The translations under genes and the position numbers were made by a program. A DNA stretch of 32,000 nucleotides from Paenibacillus naphthalenovorans. Its GTDB lineage: Bacteria > Bacillota > Bacilli > Paenibacillales > NBRC-103111. Under the pieces are notes generated by a model. That model saw only the letters and a program-made list of their open reading frames with translations, did not search any database and had not been told where the DNA came from. Positions within the stretch are counted from its first letter, which is position 1. Every line of letters starts with the position of its first letter. The DNA lies in assembly GCF_900099895.1 (NCBI RefSeq), contig NZ_FNDY01000009.1:12025-44024 (forward strand). The letters run 5' to 3'. Positions 1 to 7,570 of the stretch are shown one piece after another.

Positions 1-463
1 GGAGCAAATGGCCGAGTGGGTGGGCAGAGATTGGAATATACGAACGGAAGAGGATTTGGATTACTACACATACTGCGTGGCCGGAGCGGTTGGGGAACTT
101 CTTTCCGACCTGTGGATGTGGTATGACGGTACCGAAACGGATCGCGCCAAATCGGTAGCCTTCGGCCGCGGCCTTCAGGCTGTAAATATTCTTCGCAACC
201 GTATTGAGGATTCCACCAGAGGCGTGAACTTTTTCCCCGATCATTGGGGCATGGATGAAATGTTCGTCTATACCAAGCGCAATCTGAAACTGGCCGATGA
301 GTATATCGCAGATATTCAGCCCGGCCCGATTCTCAATTTTTGCAGTATTCCGCTGGCACTAGCCCATGCTACCGTCCAGGCTCTGAGCGCCGGTGAAAGC
401 AAGCTGAACCGGGCCGCAGTATTGGAAATCGTAAGCAGGCTGACCGGAGGAGCAAAAGCCTAG
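1..463 (+). CDS. Squalene/phytoene synthase family protein, C-terminal part (5' end lies outside the window)
   Basis: The ORF is open to the left window edge. The translation ...DLDYYTYCVAGAVGELLSDLW...FGRGLQAVNILRNRIEDSTRGVNFFP is typical of the C-terminal half of head-to-head isoprenoid synthases (SQS_PSY family; HpnC/HpnD/CrtM-like). The subfamily cannot be assigned from this fragment. Confidence 0.7.
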   Translation, partial: EQMAEWVGRDWNIRTEEDLDYYTYCVAGAVGELLSDLWMWYDGTETDRAKSVAFGRGLQAVNILRNRIEDSTRGVNFFPDHWGMDEMFVYTKRNLKLADEYIADIQPGPILNFCSIPLALAHATVQALSAGESKLNRAAVLEIVSRLTGGAKA

Positions 464-1041
464 AGACTCATTCATATCGGAGAACGGAAGAGCGCGGGCC
501 CGATGCCCGCACCCGCCATATGATGCTCCGGATGATATTTCCCGGTCAATATTCCCCTTAGGAAATTAACAGATAGAAAGCCATAAGATGGGATGCGGAA
601 TCCGAGCTGACACGCGGGTCATCGGATTCCTGAATTTCCCCGGCAACGCTGCGTTCCGAATGTCGAACCGCACAGCCGCGGCCCATCTTTGGGAAACCGC
701 CACCTGTCTCTTTTCCCTCTTATAATAAACGAGCAAGCTATGCCGTAAGGCCCACACAGAACCTCCGGACAAGTTCCCCCGGGACGTCCGCCACCGACGG
801 ATTGCCTCCGCTAATTATTCAACCGCTGTACAAAAACTTGAACGATGACCTCTCCAGCTGTACACCTGCGTAAACACCAATAACTCCCATAAATTGTTGA
901 AGATGATGGCTTCACGATCAATTCCGCCCCTTGTCTCTTTAAATCTTTTTTATTTCAAGTTAACAATGTTATACATCTCCGTTAACAGCCTTCTGACAAA
1001 TGCTATTTATAATATATAAAAAAAGTGTGGGAGAGAGTCAG

Positions 1042-2097
1042 ATGAAAAAAGGATTCTTGATCATGAGTTTGGCGGCATTACTGATCTCCGGCGGCTGCGG
1101 CACAAGCGGACAGCCTTCCTCTGCGCAAGGAGCGCAAGCCACTCCGCAAACAGAGCCGGTTCCGGAAGCAACCAACCCGGTTTCCGGAAAGCTGTCGTTC
1201 TATACTTCCCAGCCGGAAGGCGATGTGACCAAGCTGATTGCCGAATTCAACAAGAAATACCCTGATGTTCAAGTCACAAGCTTCCGGTCCGGAACGGAAG
1301 AAGTGACCGCCAAAATTGCGGCGGAAAACCAAGCCGGAAAAGTGCAGGCGGACGTACTTTTGCTGGCCGATTCCGTAACCTTCGAAGGCTTAAAGAAGCA
1401 GGATCTGCTGTTATTCTACAAATCGCCGGAATTATCTAAAATTCCAAAGGATTTTACAGATCCGGATGGAATGTATTCCGGCACGAAGGTCATGGCCACC
1501 GTGCTTGCGATCAATACACAAAAGGCAGCAACCCCGCCGACCTCTTGGAAAGCGCTGGCTGCCGCCGAGACCAGGGATGCCGGCATCATGCCAAGTCCGC
1601 TCTATTCCGGCGCCGCCGCATATAATGTGGGCGTCTTTACCCGCACCGAAGGATTCGGATGGGATTATTTCAAAGGCTTGAAAGCAAACAACATTGCCGT
1701 TGTCAAAGGGAATGGAGCCGTTCTGAACGCCGTAGCGAGCGGTGAAAAATCGTACGGCATGGTCGTTGATTATCTTGTAGCCCGCGAGAAGGCCAAGGGT
1801 GCTCCCGTCGATTTGATCTACCCCGCGGAAGGTGTACCTGTGATTACCGAACCGATCGGAATTATGAAACAAACGGCAAACGAAAAGGCGGCCAAAGCTT
1901 TCGTCGATTTCGTTCTGTCCGAGGAAGGCCAAAAATTAGCCTCCGATATCGGATACACGCCGATTCGCGAAGGCATTCCGGCGCCGCAAGGATTAAAGAG
2001 CATCTCCGAACTTAAAGTCATCTCCTCGGATATTTCCCAATTGACCAACGACCGCGACTCGGATAAAAAACAGTTTACAGAATTGTTCGGACAATAA
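1042..2097 (+). CDS. ABC transporter substrate-binding lipoprotein (family-1 SBP, Fe(III)/thiamine-type)
   Basis: Track ORF 1000-2097. The preferred start is ATG 1042, after a GGGAGAGAG Shine-Dalgarno. The N-terminus MKKGFLIMSLAALLISGGCG is a lipoprotein signal with a lipobox Cys. The body resembles family-1 periplasmic binding proteins. Confidence 0.8.
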   Translation: MKKGFLIMSLAALLISGGCGTSGQPSSAQGAQATPQTEPVPEATNPVSGKLSFYTSQPEGDVTKLIAEFNKKYPDVQVTSFRSGTEEVTAKIAAENQAGKVQADVLLLADSVTFEGLKKQDLLLFYKSPELSKIPKDFTDPDGMYSGTKVMATVLAINTQKAATPPTSWKALAAAETRDAGIMPSPLYSGAAAYNVGVFTRTEGFGWDYFKGLKANNIAVVKGNGAVLNAVASGEKSYGMVVDYLVAREKAKGAPVDLIYPAEGVPVITEPIGIMKQTANEKAAKAFVDFVLSEEGQKLASDIGYTPIREGIPAPQGLKSISELKVISSDISQLTNDRDSDKKQFTELFGQ

Positions 2098-2116
2098 GAA
2101 GCGGAGATTATCCATC

Positions 2117-3868
2117 ATGATCGATTCGAAAAACGTTCAGCTGGCAAGGGAGGAAATCGGGGAACCCTCCCCCCTCCTCTCTTCCTTCCTTTCACTTACT
2201 AAACGAGCGGCTGTTCTGCTGGCCATTCTTTCTCTTCTCGTGTTCTTTATCGTGCCTATAGCAAAATTAATAGGGTTAAGCGCGCAGAGCAGCACCGGTT
2301 TTTCGCTGGAACATTATGCGGATATTTTACGGCAGGAACGGTTATGGAAGACGTTGAAGGATACGTTTATTATCGTAGCAGGTTCCTCTTCGGTATCTAT
2401 GCTGTTAGGCGTCCTAGCCGCATGGGTGATGGCTTACACCGACCTAAGACATAAAAAAGCACTGCATATGGCAATGATGCTTTCCTTTATACTTCCTTCC
2501 TACGTGTTGACGTTATCCTGGTCTTCCTTCATGGGCACCCAGGGGATCGCCGCACATGTACTGCAATGGTTTAACCCCAATGCCAAGCCATGGAGCATGT
2601 ACAGCTACGGCGGAATTATTTTCGTCATGGGCATTCATCATTTTCCCCTGGTTTATCTTTTGACCGTTGACGTGCTGAAGAAAATTCCCCGTGATTTGGA
2701 GTGGGCGACAAGGGCCGGCGGCGCGGGAAAGCTAAAGACATTTTGTCTGATCACGCTTCCCTTGGCCTTACCCGGATTGACGGCGGGAGGACTGCTTGTA
2801 TTCTTATCCTCTTTGGACAATTTCGGAATCCCGGCTTTTCTCGGCATTCCGAAAAACATATCCGTATTAAGCACGCTGATTTATGAGGAAATCGTCGGCT
2901 TTGGCCCCTCCGCCTTTGCAAGAGGAGCGGTATTATCCGTTATGCTGGGAATGATCGCCGTCATTGTCACCCTTCTGCAATGGCTTGCCGTCAGAAAAAT
3001 CAAAACGGCGGATACCGTTATGATCGATAACCATCCGCGCTACTCGCTTGGAAAGCACCGGACATGGATAACTGCCGCCGTTTGGGCTTTTCTCGCCATG
3101 ATAACGGTTGTCCCATTGGTTTCCATGGTCGCCACTTCCTTGAAAAAAGCATACGGGCTTCCTTTTCATCCGGCCAATTTGACGCTCTCCAACTACAGAT
3201 ACATTCTGTTTGAAAATCCAAAAGTATGGCAATCGATTCAAAACAGCCTGATGCTTTCCGTAACAACACTGGCCGTCTGCCTGGTGCTCGGCTCTCTGCT
3301 TGCTTATGCCCGGGTGCGCAAGCCTTCATGGATAACCAAATCGGCAGAGTTGGCGGTCGCCGTACCTTACACACTGCCCGGAATTGTATTTGGTTTAGCC
3401 ATGATTTTTGCCTGGATGGAGCCGATTCCCGGATGGAATCCCGGCATTTACGGCTCGATCCGCATTTTGTTTATCGCTTATGTGTGCCGTTTTCTCATTT
3501 TGCAGGTGAGGGCGGGGATCGCTTCCTTTATGCAAATCGATGTTTCGATGGAAGAAGCGGCCCGCATTTTTGGCGCCGGTTTCTGGAAAAAATGGACTTC
3601 CATCCTGCTGCCGCTTCTGCTTCCGGGACTGCTTAGCGGCGCGTTTCTTGTCTTTTTGACGGCTTTTACCGAGCTTACCGTGTCTGCATTGTTATGGTCG
3701 ACAGGCTCTCAAACCATCGGGGTGACCATATTCAGCTTTGAGCAGGCCGGCGATACGCTGTACTCAACCGCCCTGTCCAGCTTGATTGTCATCATGATCA
3801 TTGTGGGAATGGCGGTTCTGCACACGCTGAACAAGCGTCAATCCAAAAAAGGAGTTCAGCAGCCATGA
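2117..3868 (+). CDS. ABC transporter fused double permease (FbpB/ThiP-like)
   Basis: A 583-aa polytopic membrane protein with two tandem MetI-like halves. It starts 19 nt after the SBP gene, and its stop overlaps the next start (ATGA). Confidence 0.85.
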   Translation: MIDSKNVQLAREEIGEPSPLLSSFLSLTKRAAVLLAILSLLVFFIVPIAKLIGLSAQSSTGFSLEHYADILRQERLWKTLKDTFIIVAGSSSVSMLLGVLAAWVMAYTDLRHKKALHMAMMLSFILPSYVLTLSWSSFMGTQGIAAHVLQWFNPNAKPWSMYSYGGIIFVMGIHHFPLVYLLTVDVLKKIPRDLEWATRAGGAGKLKTFCLITLPLALPGLTAGGLLVFLSSLDNFGIPAFLGIPKNISVLSTLIYEEIVGFGPSAFARGAVLSVMLGMIAVIVTLLQWLAVRKIKTADTVMIDNHPRYSLGKHRTWITAAVWAFLAMITVVPLVSMVATSLKKAYGLPFHPANLTLSNYRYILFENPKVWQSIQNSLMLSVTTLAVCLVLGSLLAYARVRKPSWITKSAELAVAVPYTLPGIVFGLAMIFAWMEPIPGWNPGIYGSIRILFIAYVCRFLILQVRAGIASFMQIDVSMEEAARIFGAGFWKKWTSILLPLLLPGLLSGAFLVFLTAFTELTVSALLWSTGSQTIGVTIFSFEQAGDTLYSTALSSLIVIMIIVGMAVLHTLNKRQSKKGVQQP

Positions 3869-4941
3869 GCATTCAATTCATCGAAGTCAGCAAAGCGTTC
3901 GGCAGCTTTCAGGCCCTGAAATCTTTAAATTTAACGATAGACAAAGGCGAATTCCTCGCGATTCTGGGCCCTTCCGGCTGCGGGAAGACGACACTCCTGC
4001 GGCTGCTCGCAGGCTTTGAACAGCCTTCGACCGGAGAAATCTACATGAATCAGACACTCGTGGCAAAGCCGGGCTACAGCCTGCCACCGGAAAAAAGAAG
4101 AATCGGGATGGTTTTTCAAGCCTTTGCCCTGTGGCCGCACATGAACGTGGCGGAGCACGTCCGTTTTCCCATCCGTCATCACAAGGAGACACCATCCCAT
4201 ATCCGGAAAAATGAGCAGCACCGGATCGCCAGCGTCCTGCAAATGGTCGGCTTGCCGGAGCACGGTTCACGTATGCCGCATGAGCTGTCCGGAGGCCAAA
4301 AGCAGCGGGTCGCTATCGCAAGAGCCATTGCCGCAGAACCCTCGATTTTGTTGATGGACGAACCGCTCAGCAGTCTGGATGCGATGCTTCGCATGGATAT
4401 GCGCCGTGAAATCCAGTCCGTCCACAGACAAACCGGAACGGCTGTCGTGTATGTAACGCACGACCAAGGCGAGGCCTTGGCGATGGCGGACCGGATTGTC
4501 GTCATGAAGGACGGGAATATCGAACAAGTCGGGACGCCGCAAGATATTTATCTGCGGCCGCAAACGGAATTTGTCGCCAAATTCGTATCCAAAGCCAATC
4601 TCATCCGAGGCCGGTGGCATAACGATACGTTCGTACCGGCAGGCTCCGACGGTACCGTGCAATGGAGCGGCAGCCGTGTGGCAAGCTATTTTAAATCGCG
4701 CGGTCTATATCCGGCAAGACCGGATCAATTGCTGCTGGGCCCGCCCAATCAGACAAGTATTCAGGGCAAGGTGATGAACGTGCAGTTTCAGGGCAGGGAA
4801 TTTATTTATCATATTCGTTGCGAGGACGGACAATGGGAAATTTGCTCTCCGCTTCACTTTCAGTTGAACGACAAGGTGTCCATTCAATTAGCGGCCGGCG
4901 AACAGCATTTGAAATATAACCATATCGGGGTGTTTGCGTGA
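3865..4941 (+). CDS. ABC transporter ATP-binding protein (FbpC/PotA-like, with a C-terminal TOBE-like extension)
   Basis: Walker A GPSGCGKTT, ABC signature LSGGQKQR and Walker B ILLMDEPLS are present. An extension of about 110 aa follows at the C-terminus. Confidence 0.9.
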   Translation: MSIQFIEVSKAFGSFQALKSLNLTIDKGEFLAILGPSGCGKTTLLRLLAGFEQPSTGEIYMNQTLVAKPGYSLPPEKRRIGMVFQAFALWPHMNVAEHVRFPIRHHKETPSHIRKNEQHRIASVLQMVGLPEHGSRMPHELSGGQKQRVAIARAIAAEPSILLMDEPLSSLDAMLRMDMRREIQSVHRQTGTAVVYVTHDQGEALAMADRIVVMKDGNIEQVGTPQDIYLRPQTEFVAKFVSKANLIRGRWHNDTFVPAGSDGTVQWSGSRVASYFKSRGLYPARPDQLLLGPPNQTSIQGKVMNVQFQGREFIYHIRCEDGQWEICSPLHFQLNDKVSIQLAAGEQHLKYNHIGVFA

Positions 4942-5024
4942 CGAAAAGGCGAAGTTAATTTGTTCGCTGCAAGATGGGATGCCGTTAGTTCGTCCGGGCG
5001 ATTCAAAAAATACGTTCTGGTCTT

Positions 5025-5471
5025 CGCGAGAGGAAGGGGCGACTTGTGCCGGCGAAGAACTCGGCGCTTCGGCATACCCTTGCGGCTTCACCGCTGCTCT
5101 TTGCCGGAAGCTCTCTTGCGAGATCTTCGGCTGTCTGTGCTCTTCGCGCGAACGCATCGGTTTCCTCTCTCCTTTCCCGCGACTACCCAAGTCTACAGCG
5201 TCAGCCCTTGGCGGCTTTGGATTTTGCCTTGGTGTGGAGGCTCATCCGACTAACACTGCCTCAAATTGGGCTCGTGTACCTTGGCCCGTGCTTTTGCCTC
5301 CGGCATCCTTCAGATTCCGCCTCGCGGCGGACGCCCTTGCCCTTGGCTAACGGTAGGCGCTCGCCAGCCCCCGTTCGGGACTCTCACCCTAAAGATGACG
5401 CCCATGCCATGCTGGGCGTACACAGCAATAAACTGGAGGCCGATGTCCTCCGGTTTATCATCATGGCGCAC
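5025..5471 (-). mobile_element. Group II intron RNA fragment (5' end plus domain I-III-like sequence; no RT ORF and no recognisable domain V/VI)
   Basis: The minus strand begins GTGCGCC at 5471. It continues with blocks typical of bacterial group II intron domain I-III: GGGTGAGAGTCC, CCTACCGTTAGCCAAGGG, GAATCTGAAGGATGCCGGAGGCAAAAGC, GGATGAG, GCAAGGGTATGCCGAAG. These resemble blocks I recall from Ll.LtrB-like introns. The 3' boundary is approximate. Confidence 0.65.
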
Positions 5472-5748
5472 TATTTTCGACGACTTCCAAGTAAAAGCCA
5501 TCCACCTCTTGTTCCGCTTCTCTTAGAAGATCAAGCAATTGATCCGCGTATTCACCCAGATGACGTCTGCTGGCTTCTGGATCTATCCATCGGATCGTCA
5601 AGGGGAGCCGTACCCATCCCGTCAGGCAATCCCACAAAGCGTCCAGATTGCTGCCATAGGTGTCGGGCAGCTGCAGTTCTTTTTTTAGAAAGTCGTGTAA
5701 TTGCTGCCGTTCCTTTATGTGACTTCCTTCTAACTGTACCGTATGCAC
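5461..5748 (-). CDS. Barstar (barnase inhibitor / immunity protein)
   Basis: The 95-aa translation contains [25 protein letters not shown]. This is nearly identical to the Bacillus barstar core [25 protein letters not shown]. The gene lies directly downstream of the barnase gene. Confidence 0.85.
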   Translation of the reverse strand: [95 protein letters not shown]

Positions 5749-5764
5749 ATGCGTCCTCCCCTTG

Positions 5765-6199
5765 TTATTTTATCCGGGTAAACGTTCGATAATGATCTGT
5801 AGTCTTATAGATGAGCCCATCGTTGGAAAAGACGATCCGGTCGCTGCCGCGGGCTCCCTTTTTATAATTGATATCGGCCTCATACCATATTCTCCCGTTC
5901 TTCTTGGGAAGCAAGCCTTCGCGGTTTTGAAATACATCGCCGCCTATGCTTTTGCCGGGCGCGACTTCCGCCAGATTGCCCTTTTGCGGATCCCATCCTA
6001 ATTTTCTGGCTTCATTCTTGGTAATAAAATTATCCGGAAGCTTACCGTGCTTCGAGATGTATTCCGCAACCTCATCGAAACCGGTTAGTGCTGCAGTTTG
6101 CCCCGCCTGATCTTCACGGTCAACTGCAGGTGCACAGCCGCTCAAACCTATGAATAATGAAACGATGAGCACTGTGCAAAGCCATTTCCATAACTTCAT
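5765..6199 (-). CDS. Barnase-family secreted guanyl-specific ribonuclease, with a lipoprotein-type signal
   Basis: KLPDNFITKNEARKLGWDPQKGNLAEVAPGKSIGGDVFQNREGLLP...YEADINY...SDRIVFSNDGLIYKTTDHYRTFTRIK aligns by eye with B. amyloliquefaciens barnase. The preferred start is ATG 6199 (GGGGGAAAGCAGG Shine-Dalgarno), giving MKLWKWLCTVLIVSLFIGLSGC with a lipobox. Confidence 0.85.
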   Translation of the reverse strand: MKLWKWLCTVLIVSLFIGLSGCAPAVDREDQAGQTAALTGFDEVAEYISKHGKLPDNFITKNEARKLGWDPQKGNLAEVAPGKSIGGDVFQNREGLLPKKNGRIWYEADINYKKGARGSDRIVFSNDGLIYKTTDHYRTFTRIK

Positions 6200-6326
6200 C
6201 ACTTTCCTGCTTTCCCCCAAACTGATTTGATCTTCATTAATAATGTGGCATATTTTGATCATAAAAACAATTTGTGTTTCAAAGATGTCACATCATCATT
6301 AAGGATCGCAAAGTCAAAAATAATAT

Positions 6327-6354
6327 TTGACAAAATTGTGAACAGGCGTAGAAT
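6327..6354 (+). promoter_or_regulatory. Sigma-A type promoter (TTGACA-16 nt-TAGAAT)
   Basis: TTGACA at 6327-6332 and TAGAAT at 6349-6354. This sits about 22 nt upstream of the start of the small membrane-protein gene. Confidence 0.55.
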
Positions 6355-6375
6355 GGAAATAAAGGAGTGAAGATC

Positions 6376-6639
6376 ATGAACGAACCTCAACCGAAAGCGA
6401 TGAAATTCACCAACACCGTTTCGGCCGCATCCGCCATTTTAGGGCTTATCGTTATTATTATGAGCTTCTTTGTAAGCGGTATCCAAACGGAATATCTTTT
6501 ATTCAGCGGCATAGGCGTTATCGTCTCGTCTGTATTCGTGTATCTTTTCGGCTTAGTTCTGGGTCTGATGGAGAATGCGGCCCACGAAAGCAGCCGGAGC
6601 CTTTCCACCTCGAAAAAAAGGGCTACCCCAAGTCTTTAA
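6376..6639 (+). CDS. Small hypothetical membrane protein (2 predicted TM helices)
   Basis: ATG 6376 lies 8 nt after AAAGGAG. The translation has two hydrophobic stretches (ILGLIVIIMSFFV and IGVIVSSVFVYLFGLVLGL). I recognise no family. Confidence 0.5.
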   Translation: MNEPQPKAMKFTNTVSAASAILGLIVIIMSFFVSGIQTEYLLFSGIGVIVSSVFVYLFGLVLGLMENAAHESSRSLSTSKKRATPSL

Positions 6640-6660
6640 GACGGGGCGCCCTCTTTTCTT
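6638..6660 (+). terminator. Putative intrinsic terminator between convergent genes
   Basis: AAGA(C)GGG-GCG-CCCTCTT forms a hairpin with one bulge, followed by TTTTCTT. It lies between the stop at 6639 and the qoxD stop at 6662. Confidence 0.4.
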
Positions 6661-6661
6661 G

Positions 6662-6964
6662 TTAATGGATATGGTCTCCAAACGACATGACCCATATGGT
6701 CCCGAGTACAATGATAATGGCCATGAAAATACCATAAAAAATATTAATGAGCTGCGATTTTCGATCCTCACCCTCATTGACATGCATGAACATGAATAAT
6801 TGAAGTCCGGCTTGGATTACCGCCAAAGTGCCGATAATCCACATAATGGTATGAAACGGCAAGGATGTTTTTAAGGCCACGCCGGCTGCGGCAAAGGTGA
6901 GCACCAAGGATAATATAAATCCAAAGACATGCCCCAAGGGAAAGCCTTTCGCTTTGTTATCCAT
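6662..6964 (-). CDS. qoxD: Cytochrome aa3 quinol oxidase subunit IV
   Basis: A 100-aa protein with 3 TM helices, last in a four-gene oxidase operon. Its start abuts the qoxC stop. Confidence 0.85.
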   Translation of the reverse strand: MDNKAKGFPLGHVFGFILSLVLTFAAAGVALKTSLPFHTIMWIIGTLAVIQAGLQLFMFMHVNEGEDRKSQLINIFYGIFMAIIIVLGTIWVMSFGDHIH

Positions 6965-7570
6965 TTAAGCCACCATCCCTTTTAAATACACGAATGTAAA
7001 GATAAAGATCCAGACGACATCCAGAAAATGCCAGTACAAACCGATAATAAATGTTTTTCGAGCCGTTACCGGAGTCAAGCCTCTTTGCAGAAGCTGAATA
7101 ATGATCATGATCCCCCAGCCGATCCCCAAGGTCACGTGCGCACCGTGAGTTCCGAGCAGAACGAAAAAGCTGGACAGGAAGGCGCTCGTTTGCATGGTGG
7201 CGCCCAAATGAACGTAGTGGATGAATTCGTTCACTTCCATATAGAGAAACCCGATCCCCAGCAGGAAAGTAACTGCCAGCCAACCGATCAAGCCTTTGAG
7301 ATGATTTCGGCGCATTTCGAAGATAGCTAAACCGCAGGTAAAGCTGCTGGTCAACAGCAATAGGGTTTGAATCATGACTTCTTTGATCATAATAATGTCC
7401 TGATGGGTCGGACCCCCTGCATACCGTTCGTAAAGCACGCCGTACACACCGAAAAGCGTCGAGAACAAGACGATCTCAGCCCCGAGGAAAATCCAGAATC
7501 CGAGAACATTCATCCGGTTTTGTGCGGTTTGATATTCCAAAGGCTGCGTTGTGTTGACATTAGCCGACAT
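6965..7570 (-). CDS. qoxC: Cytochrome aa3 quinol oxidase subunit III
   Basis: A 201-aa heme-copper oxidase subunit III-like membrane protein. It overlaps the qoxB stop by 11 nt. Confidence 0.9.
   Translation of the reverse strand: MSANVNTTQPLEYQTAQNRMNVLGFWIFLGAEIVLFSTLFGVYGVLYERYAGGPTHQDIIMIKEVMIQTLLLLTSSFTCGLAIFEMRRNHLKGLIGWLAVTFLLGIGFLYMEVNEFIHYVHLGATMQTSAFLSSFFVLLGTHGAHVTLGIGWGIMIIIQLLQRGLTPVTARKTFIIGLYWHFLDVVWIFIFTFVYLKGMVA

Noticed and set aside
580-800. Calling this block a cobalamin, TPP or SAM riboswitch
   Set aside because: Only isolated words match. The B12-box (AGTCAGGAGACCTGCC type), the THI-box (CTGAGA...ACCTGATCTGGATAATGCCAGCG) and the S-box P1/kink-turn blocks are absent or out of order. 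I kept it only as an unclassified structured region.
5046-5792. A 248-aa plus-strand ORF
   Set aside because: It spans the group II intron fragment and runs antisense through barstar. It is low-complexity, and the features on the other strand explain the region better.
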